Positions 23,340 through 26,427 of a stretch of 26,427 bases of DNA are shown piece by piece. This stretch comes from Planctomycetaceae bacterium (lineage in GTDB: Bacteria > Planctomycetota > Planctomycetia > Pirellulales > UBA1268). The translations under genes and the position numbers were made by a program. The first letter of the stretch is position 1. The number at the start of each line of letters is the position of its first letter. Location of the stretch: the NCBI GenBank assembly GCA_947440895.1, contig CANETO010000001.1, positions 1 through 26,427 on the forward strand, given 5' to 3'. The notes under the pieces are model-generated. The model was not told the origin of the DNA. It was given only the letters and a program-made list of their open reading frames with translations, and made no database searches.

Positions 23340-26183
23340 ATGGCACGAGCGATCAGCTTTTTGGTAATCAACCCATTCCGCGTGGCCCATTTGGTCCAGC
23401 CCCGCAGCGGGGCGTTCGTGGCCATGCTCGGGCTCGCGTGCCTGGTTCTCGGCCTGGACACCGTGCAGGGCCTTCGGGCGGAGGAGGCCACTCCAGAGGC
23501 ACTCCCGGCCCCCACCGCCGAAGCAGCGGCCGCCCGTCGGGTCATGCAGGAAGCCATCTCCCAGGCGGGCGAGAACGGTCCCGCCACGGCAGCCCCAGTC
23601 ACCACCGAGAATGCCGCGGCGACCGAGGTTCCAGATGATCTCCTCGTGGCGCGGATCTCAGCGGAAGTCGCCGCCAAACAACTCGAGGCCAGACGCACGG
23701 CGCAGCGGTCCCCCGCCGACGCGCTTGCCTTGCTCGACGAGGCGGCGGCGAAGGTCGCCGATCCGGCCGTTCCTGAGAAGGTCCGAACCCAGCTCCAGCA
23801 GCGGATCGAACGCGCCCGTCGCGACATCGAGGAATCAACGGGCAAGCGGCGTGGGGAGCTTGAGATGGAGCGTCGCAGCGCCCAAGTCGACGCCCGCATC
23901 GACCGCGAGAGGGCCCAGAAGGTCGAAGTCGACCAACGCCTGGCGATGCTCGTGGACGAATACAACTCCCTCATCGACACCCAGCGGTTTCCCGAGGCCG
24001 AGGCGGTTGCCAAGAAAGCCGGCCAACTCGCCCCCGACAACCCGATCGTCCGGCAGTTGCTCTCGCAGAGTCGTGTCATCCGCCGCCTCGACACACAAAA
24101 GACGATCGAGGGAGAGAAGCGGGACGGATTCCTGGATGTGGTGGAGGACACCGAACGCTCTTCCGCTCCCTTCGTCGGTCCGATCGAATTCCCCACCACC
24201 CGCGACTGGGAAGATCTGACGAAGAACCGCACGCGACTTCAGGCGGAGGGGCGTGCACGGGCGACGCCCGCGGAACTCCAAATCCAGAAACGAATGAGCG
24301 TGAAGGTGAAGGCGTCGCACCGAGACCAGCCACTCTCGGCTGTTCTCGATGCCTTGGCCAAGCAGGCCGATGTGCCGATCCATCTCGACATGGTCGGCCT
24401 CGAACAGGAAGCGGTCCGGAGCGACACGCCGGTGACCATTTCGCTCGATCAGCCGATCTCGCTGAAGAGTGCCCTCAAACTGCTGCTCGAACCGCTCCAC
24501 CTCGACTGTGTGGTCAAGGACGAGGTACTCAAGGTGACGAGCCCACGGCTCGTGAAGGGAGAGGTCTACAGTGTCTCCTATCCGGTGGCCGATCTCGTGA
24601 TCCCGATCCCGAATTTTTCCTCCGACGGCCTGGGCATCACGGGCGCCCTTCGCGACGGCTATTCCCGGATCAGCCCGCGGAACGCCGCCTCCGTTCAGTT
24701 CGGCCCGCCTCCGGTGGGCATCAACGGCGTGAGCCGCGCTGGTGGGGATGCGTCTGTCGATCCAGCGTCGTTGGCGCAGTTCCAGGGGGGCGGCAACGCC
24801 CCGGCGATGGGCTCGACCCCTTCCATTCCCTTCGGCGCCCCGACCGGCGGCGGCAGTCAGGCTGACTTCCAGTCGCTCATCGAGCTCATCCAAAACACCG
24901 TCTCTCCGCAGACCTGGAACACCGTGGGCGGTCAGGGTGCCATTCAACAATTTGCCACGAATCTCAGCATCGTGGTCAGCCAGACGCAGGAGGTGCACGA
25001 GGAGATCGCCGACCTGCTCGAGCAGCTCCGCCGGCTGCAGGACCTGCAGGTGACGATCGAGGTCCGGTTCATCCGCCTGAACGACACCTTCTTCGAGCGG
25101 ATCGGTGTCGACTTCGATTTCAATATCCAGACGGGTGTGCAAACGCCGCTCAATCTGACGGCCGTGCCAACACAGACAAACGGCTCACTCAGCCCGTCGT
25201 CACTCGGTCTCCAGACCGCGCCCGGAGGCGCCAGCCAGACGATCGGCCTCGACAACAGTGGCAGCCCGGGCGTCGCCCGGGGCGGCGGCACGACGACCGG
25301 TGGCGCAACGGCCGGTCAGACGCAGGGCCAGACCAATGGCAACTACTTCTCGATTCCGTTCCGTCAAAACAGCTTCGGCAGCGCCACGGTGCCTGCGCTG
25401 CCAGGCCTGCCCGACCCGGGCACATCGGCTGCCAACTTCGGCTTCGCGATTCTCAGCGACATCGAAGCCTTCTTCCTGATCCAGGCGGCCCAGGGCAATA
25501 CGCGATCCAATGTCATGCAGGCCCCGAAGGTCACGCTCTTCAATGGCCAAAACGCCTTCATCTCCGACACCACCCAGCGACCGTTCGTGACGAGTGTCGT
25601 GCCGGTGGTCGGCGACTTCGCCGCGGCCCAGCAGCCGGTGATCACGGTGCTCTCGGAAGGCACGGCCGTGAATGTGCAGGCGGTCGTCTCCAGCGACCGG
25701 CGGTTCGTCCGGCTGACGCTCGTACCGTTCTTCTCGCAGATCGGTCGGGTCGAGCAGTTTCAATTCGAGGGAACGCGGTCCACCAAATCCAAGAGCAGCG
25801 ACGAGAAGACCGGCCTGAGCGGTGATGCCAATGCCGGTGGCGGCCTGCAGGCCGGCCTGGAGACCCAGGCGAAGGCAGACCGCGAGGAGGAGACCTTCTC
25901 CCGCGGTACCACGATCCAGTTGCCGGAATTCATCTTCACGACGGTCACCACGACCGTGAGCGTTCCCGACGGCGGCACGGTGCTGCTCGGTGGGATCAAG
26001 CGGCTCCGCGAAGGCCGCAATGAGTTCGGTGTGCCGATCCTCTCGAAGATCCCCTACGTCAACCGCCTCTTTAAGAACGTGGGCATGGGCCGCACCACCG
26101 ACAGCCTGATGCTGATGGTGACGCCGCGGATCATCATCCAGGAAGAAGAAGAGGACAAACTCCTCGGTGTGAACCGGCCCTGA
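23340..26183 (+). CDS. Secretin (type II/III secretion GspD/PulD-like), large planctomycete type
   Basis: C-terminal secretin motifs QAPKVTLFNGQ, VSVPDGGTVLLGG, GVPILSKIPYVNRLF and SLMLMVTPRII. N3-like segment DFQSLIELIQNTVSPQTW...VVSQTQEVHEEIADLLEQLRRL. STN-like segment PLSAVLDALAKQADVPIHLD. Hydrophobic signal-like N-terminus. Start set at ATG 23340 (947 aa); 23205 and ~23418 are alternatives. Confidence 0.92.
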   Translation: MARAISFLVINPFRVAHLVQPRSGAFVAMLGLACLVLGLDTVQGLRAEEATPEALPAPTAEAAAARRVMQEAISQAGENGPATAAPVTTENAAATEVPDDLLVARISAEVAAKQLEARRTAQRSPADALALLDEAAAKVADPAVPEKVRTQLQQRIERARRDIEESTGKRRGELEMERRSAQVDARIDRERAQKVEVDQRLAMLVDEYNSLIDTQRFPEAEAVAKKAGQLAPDNPIVRQLLSQSRVIRRLDTQKTIEGEKRDGFLDVVEDTERSSAPFVGPIEFPTTRDWEDLTKNRTRLQAEGRARATPAELQIQKRMSVKVKASHRDQPLSAVLDALAKQADVPIHLDMVGLEQEAVRSDTPVTISLDQPISLKSALKLLLEPLHLDCVVKDEVLKVTSPRLVKGEVYSVSYPVADLVIPIPNFSSDGLGITGALRDGYSRISPRNAASVQFGPPPVGINGVSRAGGDASVDPASLAQFQGGGNAPAMGSTPSIPFGAPTGGGSQADFQSLIELIQNTVSPQTWNTVGGQGAIQQFATNLSIVVSQTQEVHEEIADLLEQLRRLQDLQVTIEVRFIRLNDTFFERIGVDFDFNIQTGVQTPLNLTAVPTQTNGSLSPSSLGLQTAPGGASQTIGLDNSGSPGVARGGGTTTGGATAGQTQGQTNGNYFSIPFRQNSFGSATVPALPGLPDPGTSAANFGFAILSDIEAFFLIQAAQGNTRSNVMQAPKVTLFNGQNAFISDTTQRPFVTSVVPVVGDFAAAQQPVITVLSEGTAVNVQAVVSSDRRFVRLTLVPFFSQIGRVEQFQFEGTRSTKSKSSDEKTGLSGDANAGGGLQAGLETQAKADREEETFSRGTTIQLPEFIFTTVTTTVSVPDGGTVLLGGIKRLREGRNEFGVPILSKIPYVNRLFKNVGMGRTTDSLMLMVTPRIIIQEEEEDKLLGVNRP

Positions 26184-26217
26184 GCGATTCCCTCTGCGAT
26201 CCCTGGAAACCCTCCGC

Positions 26218-26427
26218 ATGCTGACAGTCTTTCTCACCGCCGGAGGCCTGCTCTGTGGTCTCGGCGTGGCGGCGGGCTCGTTTGGAGCCCATGGACTCCA
26301 GGCGCTCCTCGATGCCACCGGCCGGGCCGACAACTGGGAGACGGCGGTCCGCTACTGCCTCTATCACGGTCTGGCGATCCTCGTGATTGCAGTGGCGTCA
26401 GCCTTGCCTCAGGCTGCGAATGGCCGC
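26218..26427 (+). CDS. DUF423 (YgdD/TMEM256-like) membrane protein, 5' part only
   Basis: MLTVFLTAGGLLCGLGVAAGSFGAHGL...NWETAVRYCLYHGLA matches the family's GAFGAH and WxTAVxYxxxH motifs. Open to the window edge and not in the ORF track. Confidence 0.85.
   Translation, partial: MLTVFLTAGGLLCGLGVAAGSFGAHGLQALLDATGRADNWETAVRYCLYHGLAILVIAVASALPQAANGR

Noticed and set aside
23279-26333. Minus-strand ORFs of 317, 435 and 377 aa
   Set aside because: Antisense shadows of the secretin gene; no motifs.
1-26427. CRISPR arrays, tRNA/rRNA genes, transposases, integrases, prophage genes
   Set aside because: No regularly spaced repeats, RNA-gene signatures or such ORFs were seen by eye; tRNAscan-SE, Infernal and a CRISPR finder would be needed to exclude them formally.

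Overview
This GC-rich bacterial window is most likely from a planctomycete (Planctomycetia/Pirellulales-like). That is inferred from a 'LERLEQRTVMAA' planctomycete-extracellular N-terminal motif, a planctomycete-type giant secretin and a Bacillus-type sdhCAB. Bases 1-4838 look accessory. They hold a multicopper oxidase with C-terminal FG-GAP-like repeats (minus strand, running off the window edge, missed by the ORF track), divergent from a PhlG-family C-C hydrolase and a BBE-like FAD oxidase. Next is a minus-strand cluster: Aas-like acyl-adenylate ligase, degenerate GH2-like protein, polysaccharide pyruvyltransferase and MoeB/ThiF. The rest is leuS, glgC, a lipoprotein, a family-4 uracil-DNA glycosylase, a DEAD-box helicase, sdhCAB, a kinase-less PAS-GAF-REC protein, an orphan secretin and a partial DUF423 gene. 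I saw no rRNA, tRNA, CRISPR array or transposase. The best leads are the oxidase/hydrolase module (phenolic, phloroglucinol or metal oxidation), the catalytically dead GH2 coupled to an acyl ligase, and the kinase-less sensor. Family assignments come from motifs recognised by eye, not from database searches. Several start codons were re-chosen relative to the ORF track.
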